Source: Candidatus Parcubacteria bacterium (GTDB taxonomy: Bacteria > Patescibacteriota > Minisyncoccia > Phycocordibacterales > UBA918). Taken from it: a stretch of 45,210 nucleotides of DNA. Both the position numbers and the translations under genes were made by a program. The stretch spans positions 1 through 45,210 of the forward strand of contig JAACPT010000004.1 in the NCBI GenBank assembly GCA_009995385.1, in the 5' to 3' direction. A model generated the notes under the pieces. The model made no database searches. It was not told the origin of the DNA and saw only the letters and a list, made by a program, of their open reading frames with translations. This document shows positions 1-10,218 of the stretch, one piece after another (positions within the stretch are counted from its first letter, which is position 1; the number at the start of each line of letters is the position of its first letter).

Positions 1-2
1 CA

Positions 3-932
3 AAACCACGTGTGGTCTCTGAAGAAGAGAATCGCGGGATCTTTGAAATCGACGGCCTCTATCCAGGCTACGGTCATACCCTTGGAAATTCACTGCGACG
101 TATTATTCTTTCTTCACTCCCAGGAGCTGCAATTACACAAGTGAAGATTAATGGTGCTGAGCATGAGTTTTCATCGCTTGATGGAATCAAGGAAGACGTC
201 ATCACCATCCTACTCAATCTCAGACGTGTTCGTCTCAATATGCACAATGATGAACCCATGACCATTTCACTCAAAAAGAAGGGAATCGGTCCTGTAACCG
301 CTGCAGACATCGATGCGCCTTCTCAAGTAGAAATCCTCAATGGAGATCAGCACATCGCCGAAATTACTAATAAAAGTACCGAACTTAATATTCAGTTGAC
401 TATCGAGCGAGGACTTGGGTATGTTCCTCGTGAAGTTCATCAAAAAGATAAAATGGAAATTGGTGCAATCGCTATGGATGCAGTATTTACCCCAATTCGT
501 CGAGCAAACTACGAAGTGGAAAATATGCGTGTTGGTGATCGTACTGATTACAACCGGCTACGTATCATTATCGAAACTGACGGCACATATACAGCCCGTG
601 AGGCGCTGGAGAAGTCAGTTGAAATTATGATTCATCAGCTTAAATCAATCATTGGTTTTCAAGACCAGTATCAGGCTACACCAGCACCTGTTCTAGAAAC
701 AACTGAGGTGAAGCCAGAAGTTCCAGACCAGGAAGTTCTAAAGACCAGAATCGAAACACTTGATCTTACCAGCCGCACGCTCCAAGCTCTCGAAGCTGCC
801 AGTATTCGCACCATCGGAGGTTTGGTTCGTAAAAAAGCCGATGACATCCTTGCTCTTGATGGCATCGGACCAAAAGGACTCGAAGAAATCCAAGAATTAA
901 TTGGAAAAATGAGTCTAAAACTTGAAGAATAA
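3..932 (+). CDS. rpoA: RNA polymerase alpha subunit (5' end probably just outside the window)
   Basis: GYGHTLGNSLRRILLSSLPG-like motif, VENMRVGDRTDY, alpha-CTD (GIGPKGLEEI). Frame is open to the window edge. Precedes rplQ. Confidence 0.98.
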   Translation, partial: KPRVVSEEENRGIFEIDGLYPGYGHTLGNSLRRIILSSLPGAAITQVKINGAEHEFSSLDGIKEDVITILLNLRRVRLNMHNDEPMTISLKKKGIGPVTAADIDAPSQVEILNGDQHIAEITNKSTELNIQLTIERGLGYVPREVHQKDKMEIGAIAMDAVFTPIRRANYEVENMRVGDRTDYNRLRIIIETDGTYTAREALEKSVEIMIHQLKSIIGFQDQYQATPAPVLETTEVKPEVPDQEVLKTRIETLDLTSRTLQALEAASIRTIGGLVRKKADDILALDGIGPKGLEEIQELIGKMSLKLEE

Positions 933-938
933 TGACTT

Positions 939-1295
939 ATGCGAAAATCTATTAACACGAGAACACTCAGCCGTACTCGCAGTCAGCGCACCGCACTGAT
1001 ACGCGGTTTGGCAGTGTCACTCATTCGCGATGGTCAGATCAAGACCACGCTAGCCAAGGCCAAAGAACTACAACCAAATATCGAGCGCCTCGTTACCCAC
1101 GCAAAAAATGACACCGTACAGGCGCGCCGATTGGTAGCCGCAACTCTTGGTGAACCAAATGAAGTAATTATAAAGAAGCTGTTCAGCGATATTGCCCCAA
1201 AGATGAAAGAACGGAACGGTGGCTATACTCGCGTCGTGAAGCTTGGTCGAACTTCGCCAGGACGGGATGAAGCAATCATCGCTTTTGTAGAATAA
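939..1295 (+). CDS. rplQ: 50S ribosomal protein L17
   Basis: LSRTRSQRTALIRGL, IKTTLAKAKEL, RNGGYTRVVK; follows rpoA. Confidence 0.98.
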   Translation: MRKSINTRTLSRTRSQRTALIRGLAVSLIRDGQIKTTLAKAKELQPNIERLVTHAKNDTVQARRLVAATLGEPNEVIIKKLFSDIAPKMKERNGGYTRVVKLGRTSPGRDEAIIAFVE

Positions 1296-1299
1296 TTGT

Positions 1300-1665
1300 A
1301 TGACTACTACTGAAAATACTGCCCGCACACACACCATCAACGCTGCAGGTAAACGTCTAGGAATAATCGCAACGGAAGCTGCCTCTGTTCTCATGGGTAA
1401 AGACCAAGCAACATTTGCAAAACATATCGTTGAAAATGTCATCGTCACCATTGAGCACGCCAGCAAAATGGATATTCCAGACAAAAAGAAAGGGGAGATT
1501 TATCAAAGCTACTCTGGATACCCCGGTGGCCGTCGAACCGAGACTCTTGAGCACCTTGGTAAGCGCCTTGGATACGCTGAAGTGGTGCGACGCACCGTTG
1601 AAGGTATGCTTCCAGGCAACAAACATAAGAAGCGTCTTATGAAGCAATTAATTGTCACTGAATAA
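1300..1665 (+). CDS. rplM: 50S ribosomal protein L13 (short form)
   Basis: INAAGKRLG..A, SGYPGG, VEGMLP; precedes rpsI. Confidence 0.96.
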   Translation: MTTTENTARTHTINAAGKRLGIIATEAASVLMGKDQATFAKHIVENVIVTIEHASKMDIPDKKKGEIYQSYSGYPGGRRTETLEHLGKRLGYAEVVRRTVEGMLPGNKHKKRLMKQLIVTE

Positions 1666-1670
1666 ATCAT

Positions 1671-2078
1671 ATGTCTGCAACTAAAACAACCTACGTAGAA
1701 GGTGTTGGGCGTCGTAAGACTGCTACTGCCAGGGTGCGACTCACCCCTGCAACTGCTACTGATATATCAGTCAATGGAAAATCATTGGTAGAGTACTTCC
1801 GTAATCTTGTACATCAAAAAGACGTACAATCTGTTCTCGGTACCAAAGATGCTGGTATTGAGCACTACAACATTACTGCCAAAGTACTTGGTGGTGGACT
1901 TTCTTCTCAAGCTGAAGCAATCCGCCTTGGTATCGCTCGTGCCCTTGTCAAAGAAAAGATTAGCCGCCGTGGGGCACTCAAGGCTGAAGGATTTCTCAAG
2001 CGAGACGCCCGTTCAGTCGAACGTAAGAAGTTTGGTCTCCGCAAAGCTCGTAAGCGACCAGCCTGGAGTAAGCGATAG
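1671..2078 (+). CDS. rpsI: 30S ribosomal protein S9
   Basis: GRRKTATARV, GGGLSSQAEAIRLGIARAL, ERKKFGLRKARKRPAWSKR. Confidence 0.99.
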   Translation: MSATKTTYVEGVGRRKTATARVRLTPATATDISVNGKSLVEYFRNLVHQKDVQSVLGTKDAGIEHYNITAKVLGGGLSSQAEAIRLGIARALVKEKISRRGALKAEGFLKRDARSVERKKFGLRKARKRPAWSKR

Positions 2079-2091
2079 TTTTTTACGCTCC

Positions 2092-2124
2092 ATAAAAAAG
2101 CACCACCTTGTGGTGCTTTTTTAT
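2092..2124 (+). terminator. Rho-independent terminator (bidirectional-type)
   Basis: ATAAAAAAGCACCAC-ctt-GTGGTGCTTTTTTAT inverted repeat right after rpsI. Confidence 0.85.
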
Positions 2125-2128
2125 TTTT

Positions 2129-2157
2129 TTGACACTGTAGCTTTTTAGCTTTATAAT
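2129..2157 (+). promoter_or_regulatory. Consensus sigma70 promoter of grpE-dnaK-dnaJ
   Basis: TTGACA (2129-2134), 17 nt, TATAAT (2152-2157); 8 nt before the ATG at 2166. Confidence 0.85.
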
Positions 2158-2165
2158 GCGCGCGT

Positions 2166-2768
2166 ATGGTGTATATGAAAAATAATGAAAGTGAACTAGA
2201 AATTGAAACCACCAACGATGACACTATTGAATTAGAAGAAACAGAATTAATTGATGAAGAGGAAAAAAGCAATGATAAACTTAAAAAGTTACGAGAAAAA
2301 GTCGCACAGTGTGAAGACGAAAAAAAACAGCTACTAGATGACCTGCAACGATCACGGGCAGACTTTCTCAATGCGAGAAAACGATTGGAAGAAGAACGTG
2401 CTCGGGATCACATTCGCCAGAGGAAAGCCCATGTGGAAGAACTTTTGCCGCTCTGTGATAGTTTCGAAATGGCAATGAGCAATAAAGAGGCATGGGAAAA
2501 AACCGACGAAATCTGGCGAAAAGGAATAGAAGGAATCAACAACCAACTCATGCGGCTGCTTGAATCGTACGACGTGAAAGTCATTGATCCGAAAGGTACA
2601 TCGTTTGACCCATACCGTGATGAAGCGGTCGGCACCGAAGTCGTCGAAGATGAGAAGCTCGTCGATACTATCGTCACTGTACTGCAGCGTGGATATGAAC
2701 TACAAGTGGATGACACAACCGAAGTAATCAGGCACGCACGCGTCACCACAGGAGTCTTGAAGAATTAA
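2166..2768 (+). CDS. grpE: Nucleotide exchange factor GrpE
   Basis: LQRSRADFLNARKR, FDPYRDEAV, QRGYEL...VIRHARV; upstream of dnaK. Alternative start at 2175. Confidence 0.97.
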   Translation: MVYMKNNESELEIETTNDDTIELEETELIDEEEKSNDKLKKLREKVAQCEDEKKQLLDDLQRSRADFLNARKRLEEERARDHIRQRKAHVEELLPLCDSFEMAMSNKEAWEKTDEIWRKGIEGINNQLMRLLESYDVKVIDPKGTSFDPYRDEAVGTEVVEDEKLVDTIVTVLQRGYELQVDDTTEVIRHARVTTGVLKN

Positions 2769-2791
2769 TTGGATTTTAAACTATATACTTT

Positions 2792-4687
2792 ATGGCAAAA
2801 ATACTTGGAATTGACCTTGGAACAACCAACTCCGCAATGGCCATCATCGAGGCTGGCGAACCAACCATCGTAGAAAATAGTGACGGTGCTCGGACTACAC
2901 CATCGATTGTCGCTATTTCAAAGACGAAGGAACGATTGGTCGGACAAATCGCCAAACGGCAGGCAGTAACTAACCCTACTAATACCATCTATGGTATTAA
3001 ACGCTTCATGGGGCATAATTTTGAAGACGCTGTCGTGCAGAAAGATAAAGCGATTGTCCCTTACGAAATCAAGCAAGGAAGTGATGGTGGCGCAGTCGTC
3101 TTAATGGATGGTAAAGAGTATCGCCCAGAAGAAGTCTCAGCAATGATTCTTACTAAACTAAAGAATGATGCCGAAGCAAAACTCGGTGAAAAAATTACCG
3201 AAGCGGTCATCACTGTACCGGCGTATTTTAATGACTCGCAACGTAAAGCGACACAAGATGCTGGTAAAATTGCTGGTCTTGAAGTAAAACGTATCATTAA
3301 TGAACCAACAGCGGCAGCGCTCGCGTACGGATTCAACAAGAAAAAAGACGAAAAGATTGTTGTATACGATTTTGGCGGAGGTACATTTGACGTAACCGTA
3401 CTTGAAGTCGGGGATGATGTGGTTGAAGTACAATCAACAGACGGTGATGCCCACATGGGTGGTCGGGACATTGACCAAGAAATTGTACGATTCCTTATCG
3501 AAGAATTTAAAAAGAGTAACAGTGTTGACTTGAGTAAGGACAAACTTGCATTACAACGCCTCGATGAGGCAGCTGAAAAGGCAAAGCATGAACTCTCAAG
3601 TACCACCGAGACTGACATTAATATCCCATTCATCTCACAAGGTTCTGACGGTCCACTTCACATGGACGTAAAACTCTCTCGGGCGAAACTTGATGAACTA
3701 GCACACCAATACGTTGATAAATCTGTCGAGATTACTAAACGAGCAATGGAAGCTTCCGGTCTTCAGATATCTGAAATCGATGAAGTAATTCTCGTTGGTG
3801 GGCAGACACGTATGCCAGCAATTCAAAATGCGGTGCGTGAACTTTTCAGTAAAGAGCCAAACCGTACTATCAACCCTGATGAGGTGGTAGCGCTTGGTGC
3901 CGCTATTCAAGCAGGAATCTTCCAAGGCGATGTGCGAGATATTACACTAGTTGACGTCATCCCACTTTCGCTCGGCATCGAGACCATGGGTGGGGTAAAT
4001 ACCAAGCTTATCGAAAAGAATACTCACATCCCAACCAAGAAACAACAAGTATTCTCAACTGCAGCTGACAACCAAACCTCAACTGAAATACACATTGTCC
4101 AAGGTGAACGTCCAATGGTAAGTGACAATAAATCGCTCGGGCGCTTCGTACTTGATGGTATTCCACCAGCACCACGCGGCATGCCACAGGTTGAGGTGAC
4201 ATTTGACGTCGATAGTAACGGCGTCCTCAAGGTAACCGCAAAAGACAAGTCAACCGGTAAAGAGCAATCAATCCGTATCGAAGCTAGCTCCGGTCTTACC
4301 GAAGACGACATCGAGCGAATGAAACGAGAAGCCGATGAACACGCTGCTGAAGATGCAAAAAAGAAAGAGTTAATCGATGTTCGCAACAGTGCTGAGCAGA
4401 TGGTATATACAGCAGAAAAGGCGCTACGTGATCATGAAAAAGAAATTCCAGAGGACGTTAAAACTGAAATCCAAGAAAAAATTAAAGCTGTGAACGAAGC
4501 AAAAGGGAATGACGACAAAGCAGCTATAGAAACTGCCTCAACGACACTCTCGACCGTACTTTCAAAGATAGGTGAGATCATGCAGAAGGCCGCAGAAGAA
4601 GCTCAGAAAAAATCAGGACCTGAAGCGACCGAAGAAAGAAAAGACACTGATGAGCCAACCGTTCGTGACGCAGAAGAGGCAAAATAA
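2792..4687 (+). CDS. dnaK: Chaperone DnaK (Hsp70)
   Basis: [39 protein letters not shown]. Confidence 0.99.
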   Translation: MAKILGIDLGTTNSAMAIIEAGEPTIVENSDGARTTPSIVAISKTKERLVGQIAKRQAVTNPTNTIYGIKRFMGHNFEDAVVQKDKAIVPYEIKQGSDGGAVVLMDGKEYRPEEVSAMILTKLKNDAEAKLGEKITEAVITVPAYFNDSQRKATQDAGKIAGLEVKRIINEPTAAALAYGFNKKKDEKIVVYDFGGGTFDVTVLEVGDDVVEVQSTDGDAHMGGRDIDQEIVRFLIEEFKKSNSVDLSKDKLALQRLDEAAEKAKHELSSTTETDINIPFISQGSDGPLHMDVKLSRAKLDELAHQYVDKSVEITKRAMEASGLQISEIDEVILVGGQTRMPAIQNAVRELFSKEPNRTINPDEVVALGAAIQAGIFQGDVRDITLVDVIPLSLGIETMGGVNTKLIEKNTHIPTKKQQVFSTAADNQTSTEIHIVQGERPMVSDNKSLGRFVLDGIPPAPRGMPQVEVTFDVDSNGVLKVTAKDKSTGKEQSIRIEASSGLTEDDIERMKREADEHAAEDAKKKELIDVRNSAEQMVYTAEKALRDHEKEIPEDVKTEIQEKIKAVNEAKGNDDKAAIETASTTLSTVLSKIGEIMQKAAEEAQKKSGPEATEERKDTDEPTVRDAEEAK

Positions 4688-4693
4688 TTGAAT

Positions 4694-4741
4694 CGGTGAG
4701 CAGGTGGCACGAATCTTTTTGATTTGTGCCACTCCTCACCG
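4694..4741 (+). other. Intergenic stem-loop between dnaK and dnaJ
   Basis: CGGTGAG..GTGGCACGAATC-ttttt-GATTTGTGCCAC..CTCACCG. Confidence 0.6.
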
Positions 4742-4783
4742 CATCAAGCTGGTGCGAAGATTTATTCCCACGAATATTTCAAT

Positions 4784-5845
4784 ATGAAAGACTACTACAA
4801 AATTCTCGGACTCGAAAAGGGCGCTTCAAAAGATGAAGTAAAAAAGGCTTTCCGCAAAATGGCAGCCAAATATCACCCCGACAAAGCCAGTGGCGATGAA
4901 GAGCGATATAAAGAAGTTACCGAAGCCTACGCTGTTTTAGGTGACGAAAAAAAGAAAGCTGAGTACGATACCTACGGGCAGTCATTTAACGGCGCCGGTG
5001 GTGGAGGAGCTGGCTTTAATTGGGCTGATTTTCAAGGTGGGGCACAAGGATTCGGTGGGCAAGGATTTGAATTTGATCTCAATGATATTTTCCAAAATTT
5101 TGGCTTCGGCGGAGGAGGTCAAGTGCAACGTGGGAGTGATATATCTATTGATATCAACCTTACCTTCGAGGAATCAATTTTCGGTGTAACACGAAAAGTA
5201 TTACTTACCAAAAATAACGCCTGTACGTACTGTGATGGTACAGGCGCAAAAAAGGGAAGTTCACAAGAAAACTGTAGTACCTGCGGGGGGCAAGGGAAAA
5301 TAAGAGAATCGAGACAGAGTATCATGGGGAGCTTTACGACCGTTCGCGAGTGCTCAACTTGTCACGGTACAGGGAAGGTACCGAAAGAGCGTTGCCCACA
5401 TTGTGCGGGAGCTGGTATTGCGAGGACGCAGGAAGAAATTGCAATCAAAGTCCCTGCTGGTATCCAAAACGGTGAGGTCATCCGCATGACCGGAAGAGGT
5501 GAAGCAATGCCACACGGACAACCAGGTGACCTTTACATTAAAGTACACGTTGAGCAACACGCCACCATTAAGCGTGATGGCAATACTTTGATTTCAAAGT
5601 TACCAATTAAACTTACCGATGCTCTCCTTGGTGCCACTTATTCAATTGTCACTTTAGACGGTACTGTCGACATCAAAATTCCAGCTGGTATCACTCATGG
5701 TGAACTTCTCCGGATAAAGAATAAGGGTGTACCAAGTGAGCGTGGACGAGGTGACTTCATGGTAAAAATCTCAGTAGAAACTCCTAAAAAAATCTCTCGT
5801 AAAGCAGAAAAACTCATCGAAGAATTGCGTGGGGAAGGGTTGTAA
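4784..5845 (+). CDS. dnaJ: Chaperone DnaJ
   Basis: J domain MKDYYKILG...HPD, G/F region, four CxxCxGxG repeats; start taken at the ATG at 4784. Confidence 0.98.
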   Translation: MKDYYKILGLEKGASKDEVKKAFRKMAAKYHPDKASGDEERYKEVTEAYAVLGDEKKKAEYDTYGQSFNGAGGGGAGFNWADFQGGAQGFGGQGFEFDLNDIFQNFGFGGGGQVQRGSDISIDINLTFEESIFGVTRKVLLTKNNACTYCDGTGAKKGSSQENCSTCGGQGKIRESRQSIMGSFTTVRECSTCHGTGKVPKERCPHCAGAGIARTQEEIAIKVPAGIQNGEVIRMTGRGEAMPHGQPGDLYIKVHVEQHATIKRDGNTLISKLPIKLTDALLGATYSIVTLDGTVDIKIPAGITHGELLRIKNKGVPSERGRGDFMVKISVETPKKISRKAEKLIEELRGEGL

Positions 5846-5906
5846 TGTACTCGTAAGACCAGCAATGACTTCACCTTCGCTGGTTTTTTTGTGGTATCCT
5901 TTCGAT

Positions 5907-6341
5907 ATGTCGCAGCAAACTACTCGCTTTGATTTTGGTAATGGTCACCGACCGAAAGAGCCCTTTCAACTGTTTGAACAAATTATAAAAGATCGTGGTA
6001 GTCGCTACTCTGCCAGTATAGGTGTCGTAAGAGGAAGAGACGACATTAAGGCATTTTTAAAAGAACTTAAGAGAGACAAGCGCTACGCCAGAGCAACTCA
6101 CAATACCTGGGCTGCTAGGATTGCACACGAAGGAACTATCTTCGAGGCAAAATCGGACGATGGGGAAACCGGAGCCGGCATGGTTGTGCTGCGTATCTTA
6201 CAAAAAGAAGAAATGATTGACTGCGTAGTCTGTGTCACCAGATGGTTTGGCGGAGTAAAACTCATGGGAGACCGCTTCAAACACGTGCAAGATGCCACCA
6301 AGTACGCTGTAGCAAGAAGTAAAGGGGAAACCTACCCCTGA
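5907..6341 (+). CDS. yigZ: YigZ/IMPACT family protein
   Basis: ATHNTWAAR, SDDGETGAG, VTRWFGGVKL. Confidence 0.9.
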   Translation: MSQQTTRFDFGNGHRPKEPFQLFEQIIKDRGSRYSASIGVVRGRDDIKAFLKELKRDKRYARATHNTWAARIAHEGTIFEAKSDDGETGAGMVVLRILQKEEMIDCVVCVTRWFGGVKLMGDRFKHVQDATKYAVARSKGETYP

Positions 6342-6372
6342 ATGACTTTGCGTACCTTATAATGATAGCAAT

Positions 6373-6858
6373 ATGGATTTCGGTACTATTGTAAACTTCA
6401 TCTACGGATTTTCCTTCCTCCTTGGGGTGTTTGGATTTTTTCTAGTATTTGCAATCTTTAAAGGAAGACAATCAATTATAAATGTGACCATAGGAATTTA
6501 TTTGGCTCTTTTGATTAACAATTATTTTCCTGGGTATGAATCACTGTTCACTTCCTTCACAACGACTCACTCTGTCATCATTGCTAAATTATGTTTCTTT
6601 GCGCTGGTAACCATTTTTACTACTGCGCTGTGCTACCAAATAATGCCGAGAGAATATCGCGAAGAGCGCTTTGAAAGCATTGTAAAAAAAGTGTTTCTTG
6701 CGCTGGGAGCCACTATTACAGTGATTGCAATCTGCTTCCAAATTTTTACAATCGGTGACCTTCTTAACACTGACACTCTATTGCAATTCCTCTTCGGACC
6801 AGAACCATACTTTTTTTGGTGGCTGACAATTCCACTGGTTATTATGTATATTGTGTAA
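6373..6858 (+). CDS. Hypothetical multi-pass membrane protein
   Basis: 161 aa ORF with about 5 hydrophobic segments; TATAAT 9 nt upstream. Confidence 0.75.
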   Translation: MDFGTIVNFIYGFSFLLGVFGFFLVFAIFKGRQSIINVTIGIYLALLINNYFPGYESLFTSFTTTHSVIIAKLCFFALVTIFTTALCYQIMPREYREERFESIVKKVFLALGATITVIAICFQIFTIGDLLNTDTLLQFLFGPEPYFFWWLTIPLVIMYIV

Positions 6859-6862
6859 ATCT

Positions 6863-7771
6863 ATGTCTGCATATATTTTAGCAGGAATTGCCGCCTTTCT
6901 ATGGTCTATTGTAAACGTCGTAGATAAGGCACTTATAGAGCGTTTCTGTAAAAACGGAGACACTGGTGCACTTCTTATACTTTCATCGCTATTTCCAGTT
7001 ACGCTCCTTCCTGTCGCTTACTATTTTGCCGAAGGGTCACTGATTCTACCAGTTAGCGATATTCTGATATTAATCCTAACAGGAGTACTTATGGTAGGCT
7101 GGATTGCTGTCTATCTAAATACACTCGTTGATGAGGATGTATCCATCGTCGCACCACTAATGCAACTTACTCCTGTCTTTGCGTTTGTTCTTGCATTCTT
7201 GATTTTAGGGGAGTTGCCGAGTAACACAAAATTACTCGCAGGACTAGTCATTATCATTGGTTCAATCGTCTTATCATTCGAACATACCACTGGCAAATTA
7301 AAAATTACGCTACTTTTTTCAATGTTGAGCGTGTCAGCAATCATCGCCCTTATCAACGTACTATTTAAATTTGTCACGGTAGAAGAAAGTTTTTGGTTGA
7401 GCATGTTTTGGCATGCTCTTGGTATTGTAGTGACTGGCTTCATACTATATATATTTCATAGCAGTTACCGACAACAGTTTCACCGCTTCACAAAAGATAA
7501 TTGGGGAATAGGAATAGGTCTTAATGGAGCAAATGAAACATTAACCATAGCCGGTGATATTTTGTTTGCATACGCAATTCTTCTTGCACCACTCGCATTA
7601 GTACAAACAATGGAAGCCTATCAGCCTCTATTTGTTTTTATCATTAGTTATTTCATTACTCGTTTTGCACCTACCATATTAAGCGAAGATATCTCAAAAT
7701 CTGCCTTAATTCAGAAGGGTGTTGGGATTTTATTGGTTGTTTTGGGAAGTATCTGGTTGCTAACTAGTTAA
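6863..7771 (+). CDS. EamA/DMT family transporter
   Basis: About 10 TM segments in two repeats; SIVAPLMQLTPVFAFVLAFLILGE is a typical EamA motif. Confidence 0.9.
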   Translation: MSAYILAGIAAFLWSIVNVVDKALIERFCKNGDTGALLILSSLFPVTLLPVAYYFAEGSLILPVSDILILILTGVLMVGWIAVYLNTLVDEDVSIVAPLMQLTPVFAFVLAFLILGELPSNTKLLAGLVIIIGSIVLSFEHTTGKLKITLLFSMLSVSAIIALINVLFKFVTVEESFWLSMFWHALGIVVTGFILYIFHSSYRQQFHRFTKDNWGIGIGLNGANETLTIAGDILFAYAILLAPLALVQTMEAYQPLFVFIISYFITRFAPTILSEDISKSALIQKGVGILLVVLGSIWLLTS

Positions 7772-7798
7772 AATAGCTATATTCTAAATTTAAACTCC

Positions 7799-9106
7799 AT
7801 GCGAATACTTTTTATTTCCAAAGAATTGATTGGTGGTTCCGTACTTCAAGCGCTCATTTCTGAGGGAAACGATGTTAAGGTATATATTGAAAACATCGAC
7901 TGGAAATCATGTCTTGACGGCATAGCTCATAAAATAGATGCCTGGGAACCAGAACTTAGTTGGGTCGGTAAAAGTGGTCTCATCGTTTTTGATGACGTCG
8001 GCTGGAATAACACCCAAGATGTACTGCGAAGAGAAGGATACAGCGTCTTTGGGGGAAATATGGAAAGTGACGCATTAGAACTTAACCGACAACACTTTCA
8101 AGATGTACTCAGTGCAAGTGGAGTTAAAATTCTTCCCTAATATGACTTCACAACCGCAGAAGAGGCAATTACTTTTGTGAACGAACAACCTGGAATATGG
8201 GTAGTGAAACAGAACAGTCATATTGGCATGCTCAACTACGTCGGTCAAAGAGATGACTCCAAGGACGTCATAGATGTCTTAGAAATGTACAAGGAAAAGA
8301 ATATATCACCGGTGCACTTACAGAAAAGAGCCCGTGGATATGAAATGGGCGTGGCACGTTATTTTAATGGTAGCGACTGGGTGGGACCAATTGAGGTGAA
8401 TCTCGAATACAAGTCTCTTTGTAACGGTGATATTGGACCACTTACCGCGGAAATGGGCACAGTCATGTGGTACGACACTAATGAGGAAATGCTTTTATAC
8501 AAGTCTACTCTCGCTAAACTGAAGGATTATCTGGCAAAGATTAATTACAAAGGTGATATTGATATCAATTGTATAGTAAACGCTGAAGGTGCTTGGCCAC
8601 TCGAAGCAACCATGCGTTTCGGAACACCTTCAACTGAACTTCAGTGCGACTTACACAAATCACCCTGGAGTGACTTTCTAAAAGCGATAGCTGATGGAAA
8701 GCAATACTCCCTTGATTATCATTCGGGGTACGGGATTGTAGTTTCGGTTGCAACACCACCGTTTCCGTACGCACCAGAAGTATTTGGTGAGTCAAGAACT
8801 GGTACAAGCATGAATAACCGCATTCTCTTTACAGAAGATCTTACTGAACGCGAACAGTCACAAATACGTTTTATGGAAGTATCTGCTACTATAAGTAAGA
8901 CTGGTCAAAAGCAGTTTCACCTCGCAGGTGAACATGGATATGCACTATATGTAACTGGCTTGGGTGAATCAATCAGTCAAGCAAAGGAGGAAGCTTATAC
9001 TGTAGTGCGAAAGATAATTATTCCACGTATGTTCTATCGGACAGATATAGGAGATACATTTATAAATGGGGGTATGGAGACAATTAAAAACTGGGGATGG
9101 ATTTAA
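7799..9106 (+). pseudogene. PurD-like (GAR synthetase family) ATP-grasp ligase interrupted by one in-frame TAA at 8138-8140
   Basis: ORFs 7799-8140 and 8177-9106 share a frame (ILP*YDFTTAEEAITFVNE). Motifs: LELNR..FQ, GDIGPLTAEMG, LEATMRFGTP, MFYRTDIG. Confidence 0.8.
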
Positions 9107-9138
9107 TCTTCTCACAGTGGATTCTAAACAAAAATATT

Positions 9139-10209
9139 ATGTACCACAACAAAGGACCACAGACAGAATACAATCCACTCAAAAAGGTTATCCTTGGTAG
9201 GTTGGACGTCGGTAATAAATTTCCTAAGAATGATTTGGGCATGCTCGCAATGATTGCAGCTGACCAAAAAATCTATACACCTAACGAGACACTAGATCTT
9301 GAAAAAACAAAGCTACTTGTACCCGAAATAACAGAGATAATTCAAAAAACGACTGAAAAAGAATTGAATGAATTAAAAGAAATATTTCTTTCAAGAGAAA
9401 TTGAGGTCGTTCGTCCCGATGTCGTAAGCTCAGAGCATATGGTTACGACACCAAATTTTACTATCAATCAATACCCTGTCTATTGCCCACGAGATATACT
9501 ATTCCATTTTAGAGACCTGACAATCATCAGTCCAAATGTGTATCAGTCTCGAAACAATGAAGCTATATACTATGCATCTATTCTGAGTGCCGAACAAAAT
9601 GATAGCCGGAGTGTCATTCACGCACCAAGACCTCGTTTGCGAGAAGTCGACTTCAATTTAAGTTCAGATGGTCTAAGTATTTTAAGCACTGAGGACCCTG
9701 TTTTTGAGGCAGCTAACACGTTAATTGATGGGGAACACAATGCCATTTATTATCAGATTTCACATAGTGGAAACTCGAATGGCTATCATTGGCTAAAAAA
9801 TTTAATTGCGATGATTTATCCAGAAGTTGTAGTGTATCCACTTTATGTTTATGATGGTATGCATATTGACACCACTATCGCTATCTTAAACTATGATACG
9901 GTTGCATTAAATCCTGAACGAGTTACCGACATATCAATACTCCCAGAGCCACTTAAAAATCGAAGACACATTTTTCCTGACATAATCGATAATCGCAACG
10001 AGAACGGACTTTCCTCAAAGTGGATTGGGATGAATTCATTATCATTGAGTCCTAAAGAAATCATCGTCGATGCTTCGCAAGAGAGGTATATTTCACAGCT
10101 TACCGAAATTGGGATGGATGTGATTCCTCACCTATTAACATACAGTGACGTTATCGAAGGAGGACATCACTGCACCACCTCCGACCTTAGACGATCAGAA
10201 TCTTATTAA
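9139..10209 (+). CDS. Amidinotransferase (AGAT/StrB1-like, pentein superfamily)
   Basis: EYNPLKKVILG N-terminus, CPRD, PVFEAAN, MHIDTT, WIGMNSLSL, GGHHCTTSDLRR. Confidence 0.88.
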   Translation: MYHNKGPQTEYNPLKKVILGRLDVGNKFPKNDLGMLAMIAADQKIYTPNETLDLEKTKLLVPEITEIIQKTTEKELNELKEIFLSREIEVVRPDVVSSEHMVTTPNFTINQYPVYCPRDILFHFRDLTIISPNVYQSRNNEAIYYASILSAEQNDSRSVIHAPRPRLREVDFNLSSDGLSILSTEDPVFEAANTLIDGEHNAIYYQISHSGNSNGYHWLKNLIAMIYPEVVVYPLYVYDGMHIDTTIAILNYDTVALNPERVTDISILPEPLKNRRHIFPDIIDNRNENGLSSKWIGMNSLSLSPKEIIVDASQERYISQLTEIGMDVIPHLLTYSDVIEGGHHCTTSDLRRSESY

Positions 10210-10218
10210 TCATTACAC

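Noticed and set aside
7799-9106. De novo purine biosynthesis operon
   Set aside because: Only a PurD-like gene is present, with no purF, purN, purM or purL in the window. Its context is arginine-modifying enzymes.
9139-10209. Arginine deiminase (arc) energy pathway
   Set aside because: No ornithine carbamoyltransferase, carbamate kinase or ArcD nearby, and the overall motifs fit amidinotransferases better than ArcA
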